A stretch of DNA of 64,000 bases. Source: Psilocybe cubensis (lineage: Eukaryota). Positions 25,852-37,495 of the stretch are shown piece after piece. Where the stretch lies: assembly GCA_017499595.2 (NCBI GenBank), contig CM039000.1, forward strand, positions 1,612,001-1,676,000, read 5' to 3'. The notes under the pieces are model-generated. The model did no database searches and was not told the DNA's origin. It saw only the letters and a list, made by a program, of their open reading frames with translations. The position numbers and the translations under genes were made by a program. Every line of letters begins with the position of its first letter. Position 1 is the stretch's first letter.

Positions 25852-28399
25852 ATGTCCCAGTCTGCCACAAATCCCTCTGAACAAGTCGTTACACAAAATC
25901 AGCGCCTTTTTAATAAATATGCCAACGTTTTTAAAACAGCTGACCCAGTACATTTCGTCTCGCATACCAGAAAGCTAGCTACCTGGCTGAGCGATTACAA
26001 GGCATACTATGACGATGCCAGACCCGAAGTGCGTGCCACAATGACTCTATCATTTCCAAATCCTTCATAAGGCTGATTTCATTGCCTACAGATAGTCCGA
26101 CTCCTGATGGTTAGTGCCTGAATCCAAGATCTATCGCCCGAACAGGCTTTGACCTTCAAGTAATTCAGATCGCCCAGAATGCTGTGAAAGCCCATCTTGG
26201 AATTCAAGATATACAAACACCTTTTCGTGCTGCTGACTATCCTAATGATATCATGGTATTAGCCTATGTACAGCTAGTTGCTGCTGTTGAGCCGTTTACC
26301 AGTTATTTTTCCCGCGAACCTGGAATTCTCGGTCAGTCGGAGTCAATATGGATACAATTACCGGGTATTGACGACTTGAAATGGTGGTACGAATATAGCA
26401 CATGTACAAGAGATCACTGCAACTATACACGCGCCACGCACGTTAACCCTTCAAAATCAGTATGTATGGCAGATTATCGACATAGTTCAACTGATACAAA
26501 CCATGGAAAGGACTGTTTCCTACTGTACCTCTGCACAACCAAGCATGCCCGAAGTAGATCCTACACGTTCAAATGATTCAGATCCCGATGGTGTGTTGAT
26601 TCTATGATGAAAATTACAGTTACTCAACTGGATATATCGTCAGTAATGATCATCGAAAAGCCGCCTGTCAGTCTCCCTTTTGCTTTAACCAATTCTTAAT
26701 CCGAGCTTAACTTGCCAATACGGTGACTACTAGGGTTTTAAAGATGCCAAATCAGTTCAAATTACGCCTTCCTCTTCTAATACAATCTCCAGGAAGCCAT
26801 CAGCTACCCTAACTAAGCCCAAAATAAAAAAACGGAAGACAATCGACTTTAACGTCCTTGTCGACTATGACTTGAAAGGATTAGAAGAGAAAAAAGGTGG
26901 AAAAGCATCCGGTGACAGCGATGCTTCTAAAGCCGCTTCTGAAGTACAGCCCTCTGTCACACCCCATGCGGACCATCAGGCCGATGCAGAACTAAGTGTT
27001 GTTCATCAAGAGTCGCAAAATGCTTATATCCCAGCAGGGGAGCCGCCCGTAAGTTGTCTTGCTCTTTGCATTTGCCATAAGTTAATGTTGCGATACTAGA
27101 AAGAAAAGGAAGAACCATTTAATGTCGCTAGTATCCCATTGATTGATCTTCAAAAAGTATCTGAGCCAAATGTACAAGATGCAAACATCTCTATGTCGCT
27201 ACCGCTGGATAGTCCGCAACAATTCACGGTAGCAGTTATCTCTACATCTGCCGTCGAAACAACTTCTAAAGGTGTTACGGCGCCGGAGCGTTCTGTGAAC
27301 GAGGCCTCAGTCCCGTTGATTAACTCGGAAGGGCAACAGAGCGATGATATTCAAGCCAACCAGGCGGAACAGACCCAACCTATTTTTATTACCCGAGTCC
27401 CATCAACTGAATCTGGCGAAATCACTGAAAATGACATTGAGAATATCGATGAAAGCGCACCAACTGTGGATGAACCTCCTGCTGATGCAAACCAACCGTC
27501 GGATGAGGCTTCTACTACTGGGCCGCCTTCCCAATGTGCGAAAGATCCGGCCCCTCACCAGACATGCAAAGATCCAACCTCCACCCGTTCCTCCAAGGAA
27601 CCATTTCCTTCACAATTGTCTGATGATTCTGATTCTATAGATTCCCCCGATGCTGGTTTGTCCAAGTTCCCTGTTCTTAAAACGCGAGTTGACTACTCTT
27701 GCCTTTGGCGTAATAGGGAAATTTGGATCTAAGAGGATACAAATCATTACACAACAGGTTGGCGGAAATGTGGTTTCCGGAATTCGCTCAAGGTTCACTC
27801 TTACTGAGGACTATTACGAAAGGATCTTGAAATGGGCACATTATCAGGCTGCTGCGGGTGCTGAGTACGTCCCAACATTTTTTTTCATTAGAAAAGATAT
27901 CTATTCTAAAAAAAATTCAAGCACCAAACTCGCAGATGATGCACTTTGTATAACTATCGGATCCTATATGATTGATGATTTAAAAGAATTCGCTCAAGCA
28001 GGCAATTGCGACAGTTTTGAGGCCCAGATATCTTTTTGTCCATGCAAATGGCCTCAAGAGGGTCTGTCCTTGGAATACAATGATGACCAGTATATTCCTT
28101 TGTCTCCCCCTTTACGGGTAGGTGCAAAGATACAATTAATGTCCATCTAGTGATGCTAATGACGTTATAAGGTAACCCCTGAGAATCTATTCGACATATG
28201 CCCATTCGTTCAGAAAGGCGCAAACGAGATTATTCTGCGCCAAAGAACTGATCTGACGCAATACATGTTTACCCTACAGGCCCACTATCCCACAAAAGCG
28301 CAGATTTTCCAAGTCAAACAAAATCATAAAAAGCAAAAGGAATGGTCTGAGTGGGTAGAGACGGTGACCAGACCTTTAACATTCCACTTTGCATCGTGA
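25852..28399 (+). CDS. Hypothetical multi-exon protein: helical N-domain, disordered linker with basic NLS-like KPKIKKRK, globular C-domain
   Basis: A continuous frame can be built through ~9 GT-AG introns from ATG 25852 to TGA 28397-28399; the exon layout at 26387-26510 is uncertain. Confidence 0.7.
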
Positions 28400-28677
28400 G
28401 ACCTATTTGTCACCTTACTTCTTGTTGTCTTGTTGTCCATATAAATCGCTGTATTATAATCACTGTATAATCGCCAATAATATTCTCATTCTCAGAGGGA
28501 TAGAGCCAAAAAGAAATGCAATTACATAAGCATAGAAAAGGAAACTTTTGAAAAGGAGAGTCAGGTAAAAACAGGGGTAATTCCATCGTAGATTGTCCGT
28601 AGTGTAAATGAGTGTGCGCGCTTCAAAAAGCGAGGGGTAGGATGAACGATTGAAAATATAGAAGGAAAAGTAAACGA

Positions 28678-31600
28678 TCATTGTCCGAGTAAACTGTTTA
28701 GTGCTTTTTGAACATCGTATCCGTATCTTTCCAGAGCATCAACTGCTTGAGTACGGCTAAAGCCCATTGCTGTGAGCTGCTTCACAGGCTCCACGTCGTC
28801 TTCACTAGCAGGAGTGGCTGTTCTTTGTGGCTCTTCAATTGGAGGTGTGAGGTGGGTTGATGCGGCGGGCGGTGCAGGCATAGGCTCGGAGTGTTTCTTC
28901 TTCTTGCCAAATGGCAAGCGAATCTGCATGCAAAGTCAAATTGGTTGTACAAATAGAAGAGGATGGTGAAAAAACTTACGCTTAATTTAGAGTGACGAGC
29001 AGCAGGTTGAGGCTTCTCAGCGGTTTCTTTAGAAGACGACGAAGAAAGGCGCGGTTTGGGAGAGACCATGCGGGGAGGCGGAGATCTCTCTCGAGGTGGG
29101 CCATGGCTCACGTCTGAGGATCGTGGTGAAGGGGCCGAAGCCTTGGGTGAGACAGGCGCAGGTGACGATGGGAATGACCCTTGCACAGACTGCAATGATG
29201 AAGGTGCGTTTGCCATTGGTGCTGGCGATGTTGTCAATGTTTTATCTTCCACCTTCGGGGCAGTGACAGAGTCAAAAAACGCCTGATCGAAGGACGTTGC
29301 AAAGTTGGGAGCATTTGTGGGAGATGTAGCAGCAGCAGCAGCAGGTTGCGCGATAACTGCAGGCTGAGGAGTCATGCTGGGAACTGGTGCCGAACTCTCC
29401 CCGAATGCATCATCGAATACACTTGACTGAGAGGGTTCTTTCGGTTCGTTGATCATTGGAGCAGGGGGGAAATCGTTCGCCTTGGATGCAGAGGCAAAGT
29501 CGAAGTTGTCATCAAAGGCGGCGTCGAAAGAGAATGTGGCAGGTGTAGCTGCCGTCGACGAAGGCAATTTTGAAAAAGTTTGATCAAATTCGTTCACTCC
29601 AGCAATTTCTGGTTTCGCTTCAGCAGGCTTGGGAGCCTCAAAATGATTAATTGGTTCGGAGGCGTGCACTGATGTGTCCTGAGGTGCGGTGGTTGATGTG
29701 ACAAAACCACTGTCATATGCATCATCGAACGCGTTAGTAACGGTAGTGTCCTTGTGTTCATCAGATCCAAAGACATCGTCGAAAGAAACATTGGCGGCTG
29801 GGGCAGGTGCTGGAGCCGATGCTGGTTCAACTTTCTGAGGTGTAATGACAGGAACTTTGCCGTTGGCATTTAACTTTGCACCCAAGGGTACGTTGTCGTC
29901 ATCACTATCGGAATCAGACTCATCAATATCAAGTTCTTTAAGTCGTGAGTTCAAATCAGTTTCATGGTGATCAGACTCAGGTGGGGCAGCAGGTGCAGCT
30001 GTGGGTGCCGCTGTTGTCGCAGAAGACGAAGGTAACGCGATAGGTGCCGGAAGGCTATCCAGAGATGGGAATTTCTCCACAGCTTCCAATTTTGCATCGT
30101 CCTGCGCACTGGTAGGAGGAGTCATAAAGTATTCAGTCCCATTGGCAGTACCCGGAGAGAGTACAGAATCAAGGGTGTTGGAGGTCGAATCATCTGCCAG
30201 ATAAGACAATTCAGTCGTAGGATGGTCGTCCGAGGTCACAGGAAGACCTTCGATTGGCTTAGAGGCCTCTTGCATAGTTTCTGTGGGAGCAGTGCTCGCC
30301 GTCATCGAGGGAGAAATCACTGAAACGGGAGGTGAAGAAAGAATGGAACTAGCAGCAAGTGGTTGGAAGGGAGACTGTGAGCGAGGGGTGGAATTACCAG
30401 ACGACATAGCCAGTCGTTCGAAAGGATTATTGCTCTTAACAGAGGTCGGGGACGCGACTTCAGGTGAAACTGGCAGAGGTTGAGCAGCAGCAAAGCCCAA
30501 AGAATCAACAGGAGAAACGGAACGCGTAAGTTTTGCCTCCTCTGTGGCTTTGGTAAGGTTCGCGATGTCTGTCTCAAGGTTGGTGATCTCAGTCTCTACG
30601 CCTTCCTTCTCCGAAGTGACTGAATTCAACTCGGCCACAGCTTCCTCGTGATCTTTCTCCACCTTTGCCTTCTCAGCCTCCTTGGTACTCAACTGCTTGC
30701 GAGCAATAGCCAATAAGCCCTTCTGTTGTTTGGCTTCTTTTTTCAGCTTATCAACATCGGCTTTCAGAGCCTCTGCTTGCTGACCAGCCTCAACCATACG
30801 CTTATGAAGATCCCTAGCTTCCTCCTTGTCGCGTAAAAAGGCGCCCTCGATTTCTGCTTTCTCAACGCGGATGGCACTGAGATCACTCTCAGCCCTGATA
30901 AGTTCTTCCCTGGTCTTCTGAATGTCAGCAACTTGGGTAGCGCGCCTCTCCTTTAATGTCGCAAGAAGGTTGACTTCAGTTTCATATGCAGCCTTGGCGG
31001 AAGATAGCTGGGTCTGGAACGTAGACAGCTGTGCAGCTTGATTAGCAAGAGATTGCTCCAAAGTTTCGCGTTCTTGCTTCGCCGAAGCCAGAGATCTGTT
31101 AGTCGACTGCAATTGATTCTTCACATTGCCAATTTCAGCCGATTGATCATGAAGTGGCGGAGAAGCTGTGGTATGGACTTCGTCGTCGCTCAAGAGGTCT
31201 CGATTAGGAGCTGAGCAAATAACAGCGAATAATCAGAAATAAGCTATCATAAGATAAAATGCGTTCTTACAGGTATTGAAGGAAGCCGCGGCAAATGGAT
31301 CAGGCTCTGGGGTATGCTTAACTGGGGTGGCTTGGAAGGCACCTGTGTATTGAGGTTGGAGTGTGGGCGGAGAGAATGTCACTGTCTGTGCAGGACTAGC
31401 AGAAGGGGGAGGAGTGTCGTCAAAGGAAAACAGATCGACAGCGGGTTGTTGAGGTTGGATAGCAGGCGCGAATGGAGAAGAAGTGGGTACCGCTGCGCGT
31501 GCGGAAGGAGGCACCAAAGAGGGAGGAAGAGTTGCAGGGATATCTTTACCTGCCAGTTTCTTCTGAATGAGATGCATAGCTACGGCAAATCCATCTCTAG

Positions 31601-32858
31601 TCAAGCAACCGTCATTGTTTATATCAGCAAGGTCCCTGAATGCAAAACTAGGTCTTAATGGACACTTTATTAGAAACGATGAACACGAACCAAACTTGGG
31701 CGAGGACTTCGCCGGGGAGATTAGACTTTAACATAAAAGGGACAGCGACTTCACCCTCAATATATCCTTTCTTCTGCGTGTCCAGTGATTCGAAATATCG
31801 GTCAGCCGAGGCTTTCTCGGCTGGGGTGACGTCCCACTCAAGGGCGCGCCCGTTGCCTTGTCCTGTTACCTGAGGGCGCGCCGGGAGAGTCGGAGCTTTG
31901 AATGCACCACCTGTATATTCAGGTTGTAACATCTGACTCTGCCCAGTGTGTTGAGACGGGAAAACACTGTTCACAGGACTAAACGACCCGCTGTTCCCAG
32001 TCATATGTGACCGGACACTGCCATTATTAAGAACTTGGCCACCAGCTTGCTGGTATAGACCCGGAGGAAGTGAGGTGGGAATAAAGGATATCTTTCCTGT
32101 CATGACCCCTTGAATGAAGTACATTCCAATTGCAAAGTCCGTTGCATCAAGGGCGCCTCGATCTTGAGTGTCAGCCAAATTCCTGAGGCAACAGTGTAAA
32201 TTAATGTACTAGGAGGATGGGAAAGTAACTAACCATATTTGCAAAAGTTGTTCATTTGACAACTTGGACTTGACAAAAATATCGCGGGCTTTTTCACCTA
32301 CACAATTCAGGTAGTTTGTAATGATAGACGCGTGAACACGGAGAGAGGAACAGACCACTCAGCAAGCCATTTGCCGGACCATTTTTGAGGAACATGTTCT
32401 GGAATTTGACTTTGTCCTGAGGTGTCAATGGTGGAAAAGCGGCAGGTGGGGGAGATTTAGATAGAGACATTCCCGTAGTCTGTTGAGAGACGGTAGTTAT
32501 TCCCTCAATGACGGCCAAGGGACCCGCTAATGAGTTACAATAATTAGTAAATAGAGTGTGGGGAAAAGGTGTCGATCCCACCTTTATTGACCAAGGCCTG
32601 AGTTATCTTTTCCCCCTTTTGCGCCCAGCCAATGAGGCGGACTGCCATAGCCACGCCCTTCTTGGGGAGCCAGCCCTTGTTGTCTTCATCTGAGATATTC
32701 CAGATTTCACCGAGGACTGTTGGGGGCAGCTTGGCACCTCCAAAGATCCTGACGGCAACGTCACCGGTGAGGACGCCTAGCTTCTGGGGATCTGCAGATG
32801 CGAATATCTGGGAGACAATGTTGAGCTCAGCAGGAGTCGGAGAGAAGTTGATGGACAT
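28678..32858 (-). CDS. EDE1: EH-domain endocytic adaptor (three EH domains, coiled coil, C-terminal UBA)
   Basis: [28 protein letters not shown] and [16 protein letters not shown] repeats; long coiled coil; [39 protein letters not shown]. Confidence 0.93.
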
Positions 32859-33108
32859 TCTGTCCGGACAGAGAGGAATACTCTCAGAGAGGGATGGGAT
32901 ATATGGATGGTGAGGAGAGACGGACTTGACAATGATGGACACCCACACCCGCTTCCTGTCCCTTGATTAACTAATCTCACACGGTGCGCGTCACACGTGA
33001 CCCCCTCAATTCCCTGTTCAACTTTGAACTTGTCCTCTTTCTTTCACCTCCACTTGCCACGCAGCTTTTTCAACTCACGCCTTTTACGACTCTTAATACT
33101 TATTCTCT

Positions 33109-34014
33109 ATGGAACAACTCACATCCTCCATCGCACCCCCTCGCTCTTCGCCAAAGTCAAGCGCGCCGTCTTCCACCCAACAAGGCGCGGGCAGTGTCGC
33201 CAAGAGGTTGGTTTCTGTTCGCTCATGTGCCACTTGTTTGTTAAACGCGACTTTTCTGTAGACTCAGTAATGAACTAATGACTCTAATGGTGAGCTACTG
33301 CCTAGCCTGCTATTCGACGCGTTGTTGACCATCGCCTTAGATGTCATCATCTCCCGGGATTGTGAGCTATTTTTTGGTGCTTTGTGGCTCTGCATAGGCT
33401 CATGTGTTTCAGTCTGCGTTCCCCAAACATGACGGGAACCTCTTTGAATGGGTCGGCACAATAGAAGGACCCTCTGAGACGGTGAGCATACATTGGCTAT
33501 CTTCAAAGTTGGCTTGTGCTTACCCCGACATCGTCGGCAGATCTATGCGGGCCTTACTTTCAAAATTTCTATTTCTTTCCCTCCAAATTACCCATATGTA
33601 GCACCTACCATCAAGTTTGACACCCCCTGTTATCACCCGAATGTTGATATCTCTGGAGGGGCTATCTGTCTCGACATCCTCCAAGTACGACTTTGCTGTG
33701 GCGCATTCCTGGATGATCACTGACATGATATGCAGGACAAGTGGTCTGCAGTGTACAGTGTACAGACAATTCTGCTCTCTTTACAGTCTCTGCTTGGCGG
33801 TAGGTGGATAAACGCGTGTTTGGGCACGAGCTAAGTTTGAATGACAGAACCCAACAATGACTCTCCTCTGAATTCTGATGCGGCATCACTCTGGGACGAG
33901 CCCGCTGGTAAGCAGCTTTGATTTCGGATTGAGCTTGTTTGTGCTGATGAAGTATTTATAGTGTTCAAGACGCAGCTGATGAAGCACTATCGACCGGTCA
34001 GCGACTCTGCATGA
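33109..34014 (+). CDS. Ubiquitin-conjugating enzyme E2-C (UbcH10/Ubc11 type)
   Basis: [44 protein letters not shown]...[37 protein letters not shown]; 8 exons. Confidence 0.93.
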
Positions 34015-34267
34015 GAGATGTAGTTACTTGTACTATCAGATATACACATAAAATAATACAATAAATGAGAATTAAAGAGTGCGCGGGAGAAGTAGCGCTG
34101 ATGCGGTTGGCTGGCAACGGGCTTGGCGGGGGCCTGAAAGGAGCAGGGCTAACTGTTGCACCGCATTCTCTTTTGCTTAAATACCGTCAGCCATCCGCGC
34201 TATTCCTTTCGGGGTGCTTTGATAGTTTCCCTTTGACATTTTTCAACATCACCTATAGCACTGGTTG

Positions 34268-34275
34268 CTTTTATA
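34268..34275 (-). promoter_or_regulatory. TATA-like element TATAAAAG on the minus strand, with no known gene downstream
   Basis: Plus-strand cttttata at 34268-34275. Confidence 0.4.
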
Positions 34276-34694
34276 CAAGGTAGACGGACCGGCGCTAGAT
34301 TGACAAGTGACAGAGCGCTGATGAGACTGCAGATGGCACGACGGTCTCCCCCCTCGTCTCTGCGCCTGACACCGGGACCCACGCCGGACAGAGGGTAAGT
34401 GGCTGAGCAGACACAGAGGACGGGGGCTGACTGGGGCACAGGACACCCAAACACATCCTGCCGTCGCTGCCACGGCCGACACTGCAAAGAATACCGAGCG
34501 AAAGCAGCGTGGCAAAGAGCGGCCGGACACGGACAGGGGCCGCACAAGGCCTGGTGCTGGTTCCGCGAGAGAAAAGAGAGGGCAGTAGTATACAACGGGG
34601 CCCCTGGGACCACTCTGGGAGCATTAAAGTGGGGGTAGACGTAGATAGACTGCTGCAGCCGCTGCAACGGGCAGTGGTTGTGCTGAGGGGATAA

Positions 34695-34701
34695 TATAAA
34701 T
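34695..34701 (+). promoter_or_regulatory. Putative TATA box of the PIN4-like gene
   Basis: tataaat ~105 nt upstream of ATG 34805, followed by a pyrimidine-rich leader. Confidence 0.45.
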
Positions 34702-34804
34702 TTGTTGCCTCGTGACCTGTGGGATGTGTGTTGCTGGTGAAGTGAGAGTGAACTTCAAGTTGAACTATTACTCCTACTTTTGTATCTTTCCTTCTTTCTT
34801 CATC

Positions 34805-36642
34805 ATGTCCAGTTCGCCCCCAGATATCTCGTCGCTCACTCTCAACTCAAGAGCCTCTCAGCAGCATCTCCATGACTCTTATGATTACGACGGTCGCTCT
34901 CAGCCATATCACTTTGCCACTACCCAGGGTCTCCAGCAGTCCCCCTACAACCATCTTGCCAGCATCGCCCAGTCGCCCCTCAAGAACAAGCCTGTCCGCA
35001 GTGCTCTTCCTTCTGTATGTCTCTTTTCTTTCTCTTTTTTCTCTTTTTTTTATCTTTCTTTCTTTCTAGCAATGGCTCGACAACAACTCGTCCGACAGTC
35101 GCTCTCTTTCCCCTCATAACAATTCCGACTTTTCCTCGGGCGGTGGCTCCCCTCCGCTGGCTCATCTCAATCCCCCCATTGGCCCTGGCTCTCCTGCCCA
35201 GCAGAATCCAGACGACGATGTCATCCCCACCGCCATAGTCATTAAAAACATTCCATTTAACGTCAAACGTGAGACTCTGCTTGATATCATCGTGAGTCAT
35301 CCCTTCCACCGATCTCTCTGTCTTTTTCTCTGCCTTTTCTCATTCTTCTTTCTAGGCTTCTTTATCTATTCCCACTCCTTATGCTTTCAATTATCACCTT
35401 GATCAACAGGGTTCTTTCCGTGGCCTCGCTTTTGCAAACTTCCGTCAGGCTGCAGACGCAGACGCCGTCGTCGTCGCCCTCAATGGCTTCGATGTTCAGG
35501 GGCGCAAGTTGCGTGTAGAGTACAAAAAGGTCCTCCAGGCCGGTGAAAAGGAACGCATTGAGCGCGAAAAGGCTATTCGCAGGATGCGCTCTATGCAAAT
35601 CGAGAAGGAGCAGAACAACGTCAACTCAATCTATGAGGACTATGGCACTCCTCTCGCTTCTTCTACTCTTTCTTCTGGATTCGGTGCTCCTCAAAGGTCG
35701 TTCTCTACCAGTGGTGCGTACCAGCCTCAACAGCAGCAGTATTCGCCTCCGGGTATCTCTGCTATGCCTACCCCTACCTATCCGATGCCACTTGCTTCAG
35801 CGCCTGCCGCTCCTTCTCATCCTGCCCCTTCGGCAACTCCCAGCGTGTCTGAGAAATCTGCCTCGAGCGAGCTTGACCTCAATGACCCATCCACCCTTGA
35901 GATCTACTCTAGGATCTTGCTTTTCAAGGACGACAGAATGCGCGACGAACTGGCCTTTTCCCGAACTCTGTCCCCTAAGCAAAGACGTGTCGTCCATCTG
36001 ATTGCTCAGAAGCTGGGTGTCTACCACTATTCTGTGGGTGAAGGCGATGAACGTTATGCCGTTGTGACTAGAATTGATCCCCAAAGGGTAAGCTCTTTAT
36101 AGTCCATTGTTCCCCCCTTCATCAGCTAATACCTCCGCCAACAGCAACAGCAGCAGCAGCAACCCCAGCGCCAGCCTCACACTCTTTCTCGGGCACCCTC
36201 TGCATATCTTTCACCAATTAGTCCTACTACCACCATCAACTCTCTTCGGGTTAAGAAGTCTATGCCTGACATGAAGACACTCCATCAACAGGCCCCACGC
36301 CTAAATTCCCGTTCTTCCAACGGAAATATCCGAGAAGGTTACGCCACTATTTCCTCGCCGTCTCGCAGGACATCGGGTGGTTTTGGCTCGCTCTTCTCGA
36401 ATGGCAACGGTCCGTTCGGTGGCTCGATTCCCCCTGTTCCTAGCCTGCCTCCTTCTCTCGGGTCCGCCACGCTGAACGGAGGCAGCATCGATAACAACTC
36501 TGGTGGCGGTGTCTTGCGCCAACCTCGCGGGCCCGGTGTCGGTGGATTCGGCAGGCGTGACAGCAGGATAGGGGTTAGCGAGTCCCAAGTTTCTGCGAGA
36601 GGTGGGCTTGATGCTCAAACTTACGAACCACTGGAAATCTGA
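34805..36642 (+). CDS. PIN4: RRM + R3H RNA-binding protein (Pin4/Cip2-like)
   Basis: IPTAIVIKNIPFNVKRETLL, PTPYAFNYHLDQQGSFRGLAFANF, GRKLRVEYKKVL RRM; LDLNDPSTLEIYSRILLFK...QRRVVHLIAQKLGVYHYSVGEG R3H; LRQPRGP near the C-terminus. Confidence 0.88.
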
Positions 36643-37495
36643 TAAGTGTGTCAGTCCGCTCAGATAGTCTCACAGGTGATGATGGACGAAGCGGTGTCTG
36701 AGTCTCGCTGGGCCCCTCTCGCCTCCTCTTTGCTCCCATCTTATGGTTGGACTACCCATTTTTACGCCTTTGAAAAGTTTCTTTTTTCATTTTAATGCTC
36801 TTTTACTTTTCCTATTAACGCTTTTTTGGTATATATTTATACTGTCCCATCGTTTCCACCATCTCTACCTTCTTTACGAATCTTTACTCTCAACCCACAT
36901 ACACAGAAAAGGCATCCGGAATCATGCAGCAATATTTCTCCCTACATTTACTATCTATCATACTCCTGCTTGCGTCTTTAAATCTATTGTTTCTTCCCAG
37001 TAGTCTTGGGCTATGATTGACGAAACCACTATCTCGTACAGTAGTCACAAGATTTTGCTGTACGGTGATTTTTGATCTTTAGAATTTCTTGTAAATAAAA
37101 TGCTCTTCGACTCGGTACAACTTTAGAACTGGCATTTGCGCATCACAAACCTTTAGCAATCATTCGACTTCTTCCTGCATGACCAGCTTGCTCCTGTCGG
37201 TGCGAAATTTTTCGATAGCTTAACCTGGGAATCAAATTGCTCGAATCGGAAAATATTACCGCATGCGGAATACCATTGCGAGCATCTTCCAAAATGGCAA
37301 CAAATTTATTTACAGAATCCTGCTGTGTTTCCTTTGACCAGGAAACGCACTTGTCTTTTCTGACGCGCTCAACGGCATACATCTTGGGTACGCCTTGCTA
37401 GCGTATCAACCCGGTGGGCTCTGTATTTTGACGCAAATAACTTTTGGGCTCATCTCTTTAAAGCCTTGGAAACCTAGTCCGACTCCCAAAAAGAC

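Noticed and set aside
34128..34150. GGCCTGAAAGGAGCAG resembling SRP RNA helix 8
   Set aside because: Loop and stem do not match the GNRA-capped motif, and no fungal Alu-like 5' end or poly-T terminator is evident; kept only within the generic hairpin finding.
34200..34667. Overlapping 98-155-aa ORFs on both strands
   Set aside because: Expected in GC-rich DNA; Cys/Arg/Pro-biased composition and no domain signal.
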